Shown here piece by piece: positions 30,223-39,078 of a stretch of DNA of 64,000 nucleotides. The DNA is from Deltaproteobacteria bacterium (GTDB taxonomy: Bacteria > Myxococcota_A > Polyangia > JAAYKL01): contig JAUVDV010000022.1 in NCBI GenBank assembly GCA_030595125.1, positions 3,064-67,063 on the forward strand, given 5' to 3'. The notes beneath the pieces were generated by a model. That model worked only from the letters and a program-made list of their open reading frames with translations, ran no database searches and was not told the origin of the DNA. A program made the position numbers and the translations under genes. The stretch's first letter is position 1, and each line of letters opens with the position of its first letter.

Positions 30223-30797
30223 GCGTGATCTATCTTATTCGAGGTGTAGGAGTGGAAAATACGCTCATGGAAACCATTGCCGAATGCATCGAGAATATCA
30301 TCGGAGCGCCGGTGCACATGCTCGAAGACCTCGACGAGCCCATGGAGGCGTTCGTCGAAAAGCGCAATCAGTGGGATTCCTCGGTCATCCTGCGAGCACT
30401 GATAGACATGGCGCCGCCCGACGCCCTGCGCGTGCTCGGCGTGACTTCCCGCGATCTCTGCGTCCCGGTCCTGACCTTTGTCTTCGGGCAGGCCCAGCTG
30501 GACGGCCTGGTATCGATAATCTCGACCGCCCGCCTCAAGCCAGAATTTTACGGCCTCTCGGCGTCCCCCGACCTGACGCTCGAACGCGCCTGTAAAGAGT
30601 CGATCCACGAGTTGGGGCATACTTTCGGTCTGGTGCACTGCGGCGATCGTTCGTGCGCCATGTCCCTTTCTACCCACGTGGGCGATGTAGATATCAAAAA
30701 AGCGGAGTTCTGCCGGGGATGCCGGTCATTCCTCCGCGATCGAGTTACGGCGGCGCTCGCCGACGAGAGCCGCCCCGGAAGGGAGAAACAGCTGTGA
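30219..30797 (+). CDS. Archaemetzincin-family (peptidase M54) zinc metalloprotease
   Basis: HELGHTFGLVHC....CAMS..S......K...FC..C signature; FVFGQA motif. Confidence 0.9.
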   Translation: MSVIYLIRGVGVENTLMETIAECIENIIGAPVHMLEDLDEPMEAFVEKRNQWDSSVILRALIDMAPPDALRVLGVTSRDLCVPVLTFVFGQAQLDGLVSIISTARLKPEFYGLSASPDLTLERACKESIHELGHTFGLVHCGDRSCAMSLSTHVGDVDIKKAEFCRGCRSFLRDRVTAALADESRPGREKQL

Positions 30798-32149
30798 ACA
30801 AGATGTGGAAGATCCTCGTTGTTGACGACGAACTCATCATGAGGGAGTCGCTGGCCGCATGGCTGATGGAAGACGGTTACACGGTTGACACCGCGGCCTC
30901 GGGCCAGGAGGGGGTGGAGCTGGCGAAGAAAACCGAATACACAATCTACTTCGTCGACCTCAAGATGCCCGGAATCGACGGCATCGAAACCATGACGCAA
31001 ATCCACAAGCTCCATCCGGACGCGGCGGTCATCATAATCACCGCCTTCGCCACCGTGGACACGGCCATCACCGCGATGAAGGAAGGCGCACAGGAATACG
31101 TCGTCAAGCCGTGCAGCCCCCAGGAGATATCGCTCATCGTCGAGCGTATCATTCACCTGGAAAACCTGGAGCGGGAAAACAAAATTCTGCGAAAGAAGCT
31201 CAACGATCGGTACACATTCCACGACATCATCAGCAAGAACCCCAAGATGCACGAGCTGTTCGCCCTCGTGAACGACGTGGCAAGCCTCAAGAGCACCGTG
31301 CTCATACAGGGTGAGAGCGGCACTGGAAAAGATCTCATCGCAAAGGCCATACACCAGTCAAGCGACCGCTCCGAACAACGGTACGTGGCGATCTCGTGCG
31401 CCGCCCTCGCCGAGACCTTGCTCGAATCGGAGCTCTTCGGGCACGAACGAGGGGCGTTCACCGGCGCGGTGAACCAGAGCAAGGGCAAGTTTGAGACCGC
31501 CGACGGAGGGACGCTCTTCCTCGACGAGATCGGCGGCATATCGCCCAAGCTCCAGGTGGACCTGCTCAGAGTGCTCCAGGAGCGATCCTTCTACCGAGTG
31601 GGTGGTTCCAAGGAAGTCTCCGTGAACGTGCGCGTGATCGCGGCGACCAACGCGGATCTGATGACAGCCGTGCGCGACGGATCGTTTCGTGAAGATCTGT
31701 ACTACCGGCTGAACGTGATCAACATTCACATTCCGCCGCTTCGAGATCGGCTGGAGGATATTCCCTTACTCGTACGTCATTTCATAGAGCGCATCTCCTT
31801 CGAGCTGGGCAAGTCCGTGAGCGGAGTGACGGACGGAGCGATCGCGCGGCTAATGAACCATCAGTGGCCGGGGAACGTCCGGGAGTTGGAAAACAGCATC
31901 GAACGAGCCATCGTGACCTGCCACGACGGCGTGCTGACAGAGGAGAGCCTCTCCTTCCTGGATGGAGACCAAGGCGAAGAAGAAGGGGCGATGATTCCCG
32001 GAGATATGAGCCTCGCCGATCTTGAATTGAGGGCCATCAAGGCTACCCTTGGCCGCACTTCGGGCAATGTCAAGGAAGCCGCTTCGATCCTCGGCATCGA
32101 TCGATCCACGCTTTATGACAAATTGAAACGCTACAATCTCCGCCGTTAA
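30794..32149 (+). CDS. Sigma54-dependent NtrC-family response regulator
   Basis: Receiver (VVDD, DLKMP), GESGTGK, GAFTGA, FLDEI, WPGNVREL, Fis-type HTH. Confidence 0.95.
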   Translation: MNKMWKILVVDDELIMRESLAAWLMEDGYTVDTAASGQEGVELAKKTEYTIYFVDLKMPGIDGIETMTQIHKLHPDAAVIIITAFATVDTAITAMKEGAQEYVVKPCSPQEISLIVERIIHLENLERENKILRKKLNDRYTFHDIISKNPKMHELFALVNDVASLKSTVLIQGESGTGKDLIAKAIHQSSDRSEQRYVAISCAALAETLLESELFGHERGAFTGAVNQSKGKFETADGGTLFLDEIGGISPKLQVDLLRVLQERSFYRVGGSKEVSVNVRVIAATNADLMTAVRDGSFREDLYYRLNVINIHIPPLRDRLEDIPLLVRHFIERISFELGKSVSGVTDGAIARLMNHQWPGNVRELENSIERAIVTCHDGVLTEESLSFLDGDQGEEEGAMIPGDMSLADLELRAIKATLGRTSGNVKEAASILGIDRSTLYDKLKRYNLRR

Positions 32150-32167
32150 ACCGGGTTCTGCTCTTTG

Positions 32168-32207
32168 CGTGTAGGAAATCGCGACACCCCCGTGGGCAAA
32201 ATCCGAC
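32168..32207 (+). promoter_or_regulatory. Putative upstream activator sequence (tandem site), copy 2
   Basis: TGTAGGAAATCGCGACA plus GTGGGCAAAATCCGACA, about 75-115 bp upstream of a sigma54 promoter. Confidence 0.6.
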
Positions 32208-32281
32208 ACTATAATCGCTTCCCCCAAAGCCAGATTCCCTAACAGTAAGAAATTATACAGAAATTTGAGAGTCGCGATATC

Positions 32282-32297
32282 CGGCACGGAGGTTGCA
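32282..32297 (+). promoter_or_regulatory. Sigma54 (-24/-12) promoter
   Basis: CGGCACG-GAGG-TTGCA; GG 32283-84 and GC 32295-96 with the canonical 10-nt spacing. Confidence 0.85.
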
Positions 32298-32357
32298 TTG
32301 CCTTCAATCCGAAACGCGTCGCAATAACGGCAACGCACAAACCCTGTGGAGGATGGT

Positions 32358-32675
32358 ATGTTGGATTTGACAAGTATCGAAGCGTTTTTAACTTCGATGG
32401 TTTCATTTAAATCGGACGAAATATGGTTCGTAATGACGAACCTGGCCCTGGTGTTGGCTTGCCTGGCTTGCTTCGCGATTTTCGCGGTCGCCATTATCAA
32501 AGAGGTCTTCCTTCGTGGCAGAGCACGAGTCGCCTCCGGCATGGCCACGGATATGCACATTCTCCATGAGCCCGCGCTCGGAGTCACGATGGCGGACGGC
32601 GGCGAGCCGGAAGGCGAAGACGTTGACACCGATCTCGATTCAAAGAACAGCGAGACCGCACCGACCAATGAATAA
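32358..32675 (+). CDS. Small single-TM protein with LGVTMADGGEP motif
   Basis: GGAGGA RBS; one TM helix; motif shared with two GcvH-like proteins. Confidence 0.7.
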   Translation: MLDLTSIEAFLTSMVSFKSDEIWFVMTNLALVLACLACFAIFAVAIIKEVFLRGRARVASGMATDMHILHEPALGVTMADGGEPEGEDVDTDLDSKNSETAPTNE

Positions 32676-33615
32676 CGATACAACAACAAAGTGTCCTTTC
32701 TTGAAGGACACCGTTGTTCGCTACTGCGAGGTGTCGCCGATCAGAAAATTACTTCCGATCGACGCGATAAGCGAGGAAGACCAGCGGTGCTTGAGCAACA
32801 AATACACATCGTGCGATGCCGCGCGCGAGCACCTGAACGGCTTGCAGGAGCTCGACCGGTGCCCGTTCCTTCATACCGCTGTGATGAGTAACTGCTCCGC
32901 AGCCCCGGGGGCCAAGCCCGTACCCAAAAACAACTCGGTCACGTCACGGTGCAACAGTAGTGCCTACCTCTTCTGCGACACTTATCTCAGAATGAGAAAC
33001 GGCGCGATCGGCGAACGAAAAAAAGATATTGACCAATCGATCATCGAGGGGATAGAGGTTCCTATGCACCTCGCCTACTCGATGAACCACATGTGGCTCG
33101 ATACGAGGGAGGATGGGGTCATTCATGTGGGCGTCGACGCTTTCCTCGCCCGAGTGCTAGGTGAGGTGGAGCAGGTGCAGTTCAATTTCGGCAAAAATGG
33201 AAAGAAGCCGGCGGTCTTGCTTCGTACGCAAGGCATGGACTTGTACCTCGTTTTTCCAGGACACCTCGAAGTAACCGAAACCAACAGATCACTCACAAAG
33301 AACCCCCGGAAGCTGCTGGAAGATCCTTACAGTGGTGGATGGTTGTTCGAGTCCATACCACCGCCGGGATTTCCCAGTCACCCGACCCCGGTATCCGGCT
33401 TGATAGGCGGAAAGATGGCAACGGACTGGATGCGCAGCGAGATAGAACGCATGAACGGATTCATCCACGATTTACCTTCTCGACAATCTCAGGGAAGCGA
33501 ACGCCTGGCGGCCGACGGCGGCACGTTCCACGAAGGGTTCGCTCAATTTCTCGATCAACGTGATTTCTATTACATGCACAACATGTTCTTCACGGCTAAC
33601 GAAAACCATAGGTGA
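32668..33615 (+). CDS. GcvH-like protein with duplicated N-terminal Cys4 domain and no lipoyl Lys
   Basis: HMWL..G..HVGVDAF...LG.V and DPYSGGWLF H-protein motifs; two CPFL-initiated repeats; LAADGG near the C-terminus. Confidence 0.78.
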   Translation: MNNDTTTKCPFLKDTVVRYCEVSPIRKLLPIDAISEEDQRCLSNKYTSCDAAREHLNGLQELDRCPFLHTAVMSNCSAAPGAKPVPKNNSVTSRCNSSAYLFCDTYLRMRNGAIGERKKDIDQSIIEGIEVPMHLAYSMNHMWLDTREDGVIHVGVDAFLARVLGEVEQVQFNFGKNGKKPAVLLRTQGMDLYLVFPGHLEVTETNRSLTKNPRKLLEDPYSGGWLFESIPPPGFPSHPTPVSGLIGGKMATDWMRSEIERMNGFIHDLPSRQSQGSERLAADGGTFHEGFAQFLDQRDFYYMHNMFFTANENHR

Positions 33616-34211
33616 TTTTGACGCGGCGTCGGACGACAATTTTATTCTTTATCATCGGCCTGGTCGTCGCCATGCTCGCCGGATGGATCGCTGTGCCCGC
33701 AGCGCTCTACGAGTCCATCGAACAACCCCTCGGATTCAGTCATGTGGTTCATACATCCGATGATACAGGGATGGTATGCGATGACTGTCATCATCTCACT
33801 TCAGAAGGCGGTTTCGCCGGCATTCCCAAAATAGCCGTCTGCGAAGGTTGTCATGCGGAGGCAATAGGGACAAGCAAGGACGAACTCAGGCTGGTGGAGG
33901 AATACGTAAAACCCGGCCGCGAGATCCCCTGGCTCGTATACGCGCGCCAGCCCGACAACGCGTTTTTTCCACACGTTCGACATACCCGGCTGGCAAAGAT
34001 TCCCTGCGAGCAATGCCACGGCGACCACGGAAAAACGGAGACTCTGCGACCACTGAAACGCAACCGCTTCACGGGATACAGCCGCGATATTTGGGGACAC
34101 GATTTTTCGGGGATCACGACGTCCCCTCCCAACAGCATGAAGATGTCGGATTGTGTAGATTGTCATCGAAAACGAGGAGTGCGGGACAGTTGTCTCGCGT
34201 GTCACAAGTGA
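33612..34211 (+). CDS. qrcA: QrcA/ActA-like membrane-anchored pentahaem cytochrome c
   Basis: N-terminal TM, QPLGFSH, five CxxCH, WLVYARQPDN, GYSRDIWG..MKM.DC. Confidence 0.82.
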   Translation: MILTRRRTTILFFIIGLVVAMLAGWIAVPAALYESIEQPLGFSHVVHTSDDTGMVCDDCHHLTSEGGFAGIPKIAVCEGCHAEAIGTSKDELRLVEEYVKPGREIPWLVYARQPDNAFFPHVRHTRLAKIPCEQCHGDHGKTETLRPLKRNRFTGYSRDIWGHDFSGITTSPPNSMKMSDCVDCHRKRGVRDSCLACHK

Positions 34212-34220
34212 AATATTGAA

Positions 34221-36386
34221 ATGGGATTTTCTGTAAAACGACGAGATTTCCTGGGGCTTATCGGCGGTGGAGCCATCGGTGCGGCGCTGAGTCCGGCTCC
34301 GTGGAAGTCCCTCGACGACGTTGCGATCTGGACTCAGAACTGGTCCTGGAAACCTCGGTTGCCTCGGGGGCCCGTTGAAGTTGCATTCACCCACTGCGGC
34401 CTGTGCCCCGCCGGATGCGGCCTGAAAGTTCGCTCTGTTGGAGGAAGCCCGGTCAGTGTCCACGGCGTGCCGGGCCATCCCCTGAGTGCCGGATTCGTGT
34501 GCGCCCTCGGTCTCGCAGGGAGATACCTCTCGTATCATCCTTCACGCATCGTGGAGCCAACCGTTGTCGGCACTGACGGGCAGCGGCGAGGTATTCCGTT
34601 CAAGGCTGCGGTGCGACAATTGGGAAAATGGTTGGATGAGGCCCGTTCCGGGGGCGGCCACGGTTCGGTGGCTATTCTCGACAACCGCCCCGATCGAATG
34701 CGTTCGCTCGCTTATCGCAAATGGCTCGGCGCCCTTGACGGTGTTCACGTCAAGGGTCTTCGGGAAGATGCTCCAATCAATCGGCTTCGCGCCATGCTCG
34801 ATGGCCAGGTGCCCGAATTGGGGCTGGATATCGCTCGCGCTCGAACGGTTCTCAGCTTCGGGGCGCCGGTTCTCGAAGGCCTCGGATCCGGTGAAGCCGG
34901 CTCTCGATTACGCGGCCGATCGGGCACCGAGAAACCTTACATCGTACAGATCGAGACGCGACCGTCGCGCACCGCGCACAGCGCCGACCTCTGGCTGCGT
35001 ATCGCCCCGGGCACCGAAACGGTGCTGGCTCTGGGGTTGGCCAACATTCTCGTCTCCGAGGGTCTGTACGACAAGGAGATCATCGGCCGGACGGCTCTCG
35101 ATCTCGATGGGCCCGGTGGATATCGGGAACTTGTCGCCCGGTTCTCTCCAAAACAGGTGGCCCGGATTACAGGAATCGATGCCGCAACGATCAAGAAGGT
35201 GGCTCGCCGCTTCGCCTCCGGGCCGGCGGTGGTGATTCCGGGTGTCGATCCGGGAGGTGGCCCCCTGAGCCCCGAGGCACAGACCGCTGCATTCAGCTTG
35301 AGCTTGCTCAACGGAGATGTCGGACGCCCCGGAGGGGTTGTAGCCAGGCGGGTTTCCGAGACCATACAGCTTCCCGGAACGGCCCAACTCGCTAACACCG
35401 TCGAGCTTGCCGATGTTCCGGACGGCTCGATACGGTTGTTGATCGCAGACGGTATCGCCGGGGGTTGCGCCATGCCTACCTCCTTGCTGAAGCGCAAACT
35501 CAACCCATCCGAAGGGCGGGTTGTGAGCCTATCCCCGTTCGAGAGATCGGCCATGCACGAAGCGGACCTTGTCCTTCCTTCAACAACGCCGTTCGAAAGC
35601 ATCGACGAGACGGGAGTGCCCATCGATTCTCCGGTCGACTCCATGGGATTGACAGTACCATCCATGCGAGCCCCGGATTACTCGGTAGATTCGTTGCATG
35701 TGCTTTCCATGGTGACAAAATCGAATGTTCCCAAAATCACCGAACTGCTGCGTAGCCGTTCAGATCGGATCCATGCGGGCGGGCGGGGCTCGGTGTTTGA
35801 TCCCTCAAAGGGCGAGAGCGCACCGATTACGGAGTTCAAAACTGCCGGACACCTCTGGCGCGCGCTCCTGGACGGCGGTTTGTGGACAGATTCATCGGCT
35901 ACTTTCACATGCCCACCCTTCCGACTGATGGGCGCTGACGCCGCTATTCGCGATCGCCTCCACAAAGTCCTGGAACAACCGTCGACGGCGGATGGATGGG
36001 CGCATGAACTCGTTCTCATGCCGTTCGGCTGGCGAGACGCGCCAGGAGATGGGCCGCTTCCTCCCGTCATGGCCAAGTTGTTCCGCGAAACGAGGTTGAG
36101 ACTCGACTCCCGGTTTGCAACCATTTGTCCCGGGACAGCCAAAGATCTGGGATTTGCGGAAGGGGACAAGGCGTCGATCAAGACTTCGCTCGGCTCCATC
36201 ACCGTGGAGGTTGTGCTGGATCCCGCAGTGGCGAACGGCGTGGTTCACGTGGCTGTAGGCCCGTCGACAGGAGCTTTCGGCGATGCCACCCGCGAAAAGG
36301 GGGACCAACCATTGGATCTTCCATCGTGCAAAAACGATGATTGCTGGCGAGTGATCCCGGCCAAAATGCTCGAGGTGGTGTCATGA
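34221..36386 (+). CDS. qrcB: QrcB-like molybdopterin-oxidoreductase-family subunit (Tat-exported)
   Basis: KRRDFL Tat motif, PAPWKSLDDVAIWTQNW, CGLCPAGC..C cluster motif, ADLWLRIAPGTE. Confidence 0.8.
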   Translation: MGFSVKRRDFLGLIGGGAIGAALSPAPWKSLDDVAIWTQNWSWKPRLPRGPVEVAFTHCGLCPAGCGLKVRSVGGSPVSVHGVPGHPLSAGFVCALGLAGRYLSYHPSRIVEPTVVGTDGQRRGIPFKAAVRQLGKWLDEARSGGGHGSVAILDNRPDRMRSLAYRKWLGALDGVHVKGLREDAPINRLRAMLDGQVPELGLDIARARTVLSFGAPVLEGLGSGEAGSRLRGRSGTEKPYIVQIETRPSRTAHSADLWLRIAPGTETVLALGLANILVSEGLYDKEIIGRTALDLDGPGGYRELVARFSPKQVARITGIDAATIKKVARRFASGPAVVIPGVDPGGGPLSPEAQTAAFSLSLLNGDVGRPGGVVARRVSETIQLPGTAQLANTVELADVPDGSIRLLIADGIAGGCAMPTSLLKRKLNPSEGRVVSLSPFERSAMHEADLVLPSTTPFESIDETGVPIDSPVDSMGLTVPSMRAPDYSVDSLHVLSMVTKSNVPKITELLRSRSDRIHAGGRGSVFDPSKGESAPITEFKTAGHLWRALLDGGLWTDSSATFTCPPFRLMGADAAIRDRLHKVLEQPSTADGWAHELVLMPFGWRDAPGDGPLPPVMAKLFRETRLRLDSRFATICPGTAKDLGFAEGDKASIKTSLGSITVEVVLDPAVANGVVHVAVGPSTGAFGDATREKGDQPLDLPSCKNDDCWRVIPAKMLEVVS

Positions 36387-37150
36387 CGAAAACCACCACC
36401 CAAAAGCGATACGGCATGGTGATCGATATTGATCGCTGCGACGGTTGCGGAGCGTGCATGGTGGCCTGCTCTCTGGAGAATAACGTTTCTGTCGTTCCTC
36501 CGGAGGCCGGTCTTCATCGTGGCCTCACCTGGATACGCGTCTACAGCATAACGAACGAAAAGGAATATCCTCATAGTGATACTGCCTACCTGCCGGTCAG
36601 TTGCCAACATTGCGGCAACGAGACTCCATGCGTAGGTGTCTGCCCACAGAGTGCGGTGGATGTGGATCCCAAAAACGGAATAGTGAGCCAGATTCCCGAG
36701 CGCTGCATGGGATGTCGTTACTGCATGGTTGCCTGCCCGTACCACGCCAGATATTTCAACTGGTGGGATCCCGTCTGGCCGGAGGGCACGGAACATCTGC
36801 TAAATCCCGGGGTTACTCCACGCATGAGAGGCGTCGTAGAGAAATGCAACTTCTGCCACGGCCGACATCATGCTGCGCAGGAGCGCGCGGCGAGCGAGGG
36901 GCGCTCGGAGATCGAACCAAACGAGTATCAAACCGCCTGCGCCGAGGCTTGCCCGAACGGCGCAATCACCTTCGGCGACCTCGCAGACAAGGACAGTGAA
37001 GTGGCCAAGCTGGCCGCCGGCCCCGAGTCGTTTCAACTCCTCAAGACACTGGGCACCGGGCCCAAGGTGTACTACCTGACGCAACGAAGCTGGGTTCGAG
37101 ACATGGCGGCCAAGACGCCTCTACCTCTGGATGGGCAGTCTAATGATTGA
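36383..37150 (+). CDS. qrcC: QrcC-like 4x[4Fe-4S] subunit
   Basis: CDGCGACMVAC, CMGCRYCMVACPYHARYFNWWDP, RMRGVVEKCNFC. Confidence 0.85.
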   Translation: MTKTTTQKRYGMVIDIDRCDGCGACMVACSLENNVSVVPPEAGLHRGLTWIRVYSITNEKEYPHSDTAYLPVSCQHCGNETPCVGVCPQSAVDVDPKNGIVSQIPERCMGCRYCMVACPYHARYFNWWDPVWPEGTEHLLNPGVTPRMRGVVEKCNFCHGRHHAAQERAASEGRSEIEPNEYQTACAEACPNGAITFGDLADKDSEVAKLAAGPESFQLLKTLGTGPKVYYLTQRSWVRDMAAKTPLPLDGQSND

Positions 37151-38363
37151 ACCCCTTACCAACAGAGCCCCTACTCGTGTGTTTCTGACGTGGATCGGTT
37201 TTTGGATTGCGCTCTTCGCGATCGGTGGCTATTTCGGCATGCTCTGCCTGTCGCAAGGCCTTCATCACACAAACATGAACAACCGGTTTGGTTTCGGCAT
37301 CTGGATTTTCCTGGATCTGACCGTGATAGCGCTCGGAGCGGGAGCCTTCTTCTCCGCCTTCTTGCTGTACATTCTCAAGAAGCAGGCATTGAAAGATGTT
37401 ATCGGCAGCGCGGTTGTCCTGGGTTTCATCTGTTACAGCGGAGCAGTAGTGGTGCTTGCCATCGACGTGGGGCAACCGCTTCGTGCCTGGTTCACCTTCT
37501 GGCATCCCAACGCTCACTCCATGCTCGCCGAGGTCACATTCTGCCTCACACTGTACCTGCTGGTGCTGGCCATCGAGTATGTTCCGCTGATACTCAAGAA
37601 CCCAAGTCTCTCCAAAAATGTATCCCTTCTGGTATTCGAGGGACAGCTGCACAAGGTGGTTGTCGTCTTCGCCGGAGTAGGCGCCATCCTCTCATTCTTT
37701 CATCAAGGCTCCCTCGGCGGCCTGTACGGCGTCATGAACGGTCGCCCGTTCGCATTTCGGGAACATTTCTTCATCTGGCCCTCCACGTTCTTTCTCTTCA
37801 TTCTTTCGGCCATCGCTGCGGGCCCGTCGTTCCTGATTCTCATAAACAAGCTCGCCTCGAAGATCTCCAAAAAGCAACTCGTGAGGAAAGAAGCCTACGA
37901 TTTCCTGGGCCGAATATCGGGCTGGTTGCTTCTGGCCTATGTGGGGCTGAAATCGGCGGACACTATCGTGTGGATCAACCACACCGCTCCGGGCTCAGGC
38001 TATTCGGTCGCCGAGTTTTTCAAGGAGGCCTCTTTCGGCACGTGGATCCTGTTCGCGGAGATCGTACTCTTTGGTCTGTTGCCTGCGCTCGTTCTCATAA
38101 ATGACCGCCTGCGGAAACGCCCCTTGTTGATGATAGTCGCTCCCCTGTTGGTATGCATCGGGATTGCGATCAACCGCTATGTCATGACGCTTCAGAGTCA
38201 GTCGCTGCCCACTTTGCCGTTCGAGGAGTTCGTGCTGTATACGCCGAGCCTGGTGGAAATCGGCGTCTTTGGAGGGATGATCTCATACGGTGTAATTGTT
38301 TTTTCGCTTTCGTACCGTTACTTGCCCCTGTACCCGGGCTTGCGGCAAAAAGCGAAAACGTAG
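37143..38363 (+). CDS. qrcD: QrcD-like NrfD-family membrane subunit
   Basis: FGFGIWIFLDLTVIALGAGAF, DVGQPLRAWF.FWHPN.HSML.EV.FC, SFFHQGSLGG. Confidence 0.85.
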   Translation: MIEPLTNRAPTRVFLTWIGFWIALFAIGGYFGMLCLSQGLHHTNMNNRFGFGIWIFLDLTVIALGAGAFFSAFLLYILKKQALKDVIGSAVVLGFICYSGAVVVLAIDVGQPLRAWFTFWHPNAHSMLAEVTFCLTLYLLVLAIEYVPLILKNPSLSKNVSLLVFEGQLHKVVVVFAGVGAILSFFHQGSLGGLYGVMNGRPFAFREHFFIWPSTFFLFILSAIAAGPSFLILINKLASKISKKQLVRKEAYDFLGRISGWLLLAYVGLKSADTIVWINHTAPGSGYSVAEFFKEASFGTWILFAEIVLFGLLPALVLINDRLRKRPLLMIVAPLLVCIGIAINRYVMTLQSQSLPTLPFEEFVLYTPSLVEIGVFGGMISYGVIVFSLSYRYLPLYPGLRQKAKT

Positions 38364-38375
38364 AGGAGGTAAGCC

Positions 38376-39014
38376 ATGTTACCAGGAATGTACGAATTTC
38401 ATTTTGAACTCGGTCATATCATATTCCTCGGAGGATTCATGACCATCGGCGCCGTGATCGGCGCTACGCTTCTCATCACGTTATTTCGCTCAACCAGGAT
38501 TGTCACCGTGCCCGGCGGGGCGAAAGAAAACGCGGAGGGCGACCTGCATCACGTGGGCCACACGCTCCTGCGGCCCCTGGCGGGCGGAACCTTGAAAATC
38601 TCGCTCGACGACCTGGGAACACGGCTGCTCGGCAGGCCGGACAGGATGCGACTTCCCGAGATCGGACAACGGATTACGGAGGGGACGGACGCCGTGAAAC
38701 TGTGGCGCGAGCAATCTGCAGCTACAATCGTTGCTCCGGTGTCCGGGACCGTCGTTGCGACAGGGGGCCACGACGACAAGTGGTACCTGCGCGTTCTCCC
38801 GGACGCGACGCCGGTCGAAGGCGGAAGCCTGATGGGCGCCGCCAAAGTCAGATCGTGGCTCACGTCGGAAATCGACAAGCTCCAGGCTATCCTTTCTTCG
38901 AAGGATCTCGGCCTCGCCATGGCGGACGGTGGAGAGCCGCTCCCGGATTTGCCCTCGGCCGTTCCGGACGCCGACTGGCAGAAGATCTACTCGGAGATGT
39001 TTCAGAACAGCTAG
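38376..39014 (+). CDS. Membrane-anchored GcvH-like protein, no lipoyl Lys, with LGLAMADGGEP motif
   Basis: GAGGAGG RBS; N-terminal TM; GHT..G.DD...RLLG, IVAPVSGTVV H-protein-like segments. Confidence 0.75.
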   Translation: MLPGMYEFHFELGHIIFLGGFMTIGAVIGATLLITLFRSTRIVTVPGGAKENAEGDLHHVGHTLLRPLAGGTLKISLDDLGTRLLGRPDRMRLPEIGQRITEGTDAVKLWREQSAATIVAPVSGTVVATGGHDDKWYLRVLPDATPVEGGSLMGAAKVRSWLTSEIDKLQAILSSKDLGLAMADGGEPLPDLPSAVPDADWQKIYSEMFQNS

Positions 39015-39078
39015 CTCTCTCGCTGCTCAATCACACAAAATTTGTTGCATCCCGCTTTGACCCCTACTGCTCGTGTCA

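Noticed and set aside
33612..38363. Calling the qrc-like genes alternative complex III or evidence of sulfate reduction
   Set aside because: The B and C subunits are separate, there are no ActD/E/F or oxidase genes, and no sat/apr/dsr genes are in the window.
32668..39014. Calling the GcvH-like genes a glycine cleavage system
   Set aside because: The lipoyl Lys is absent and there is no gcvP, gcvT or lpd in the window.
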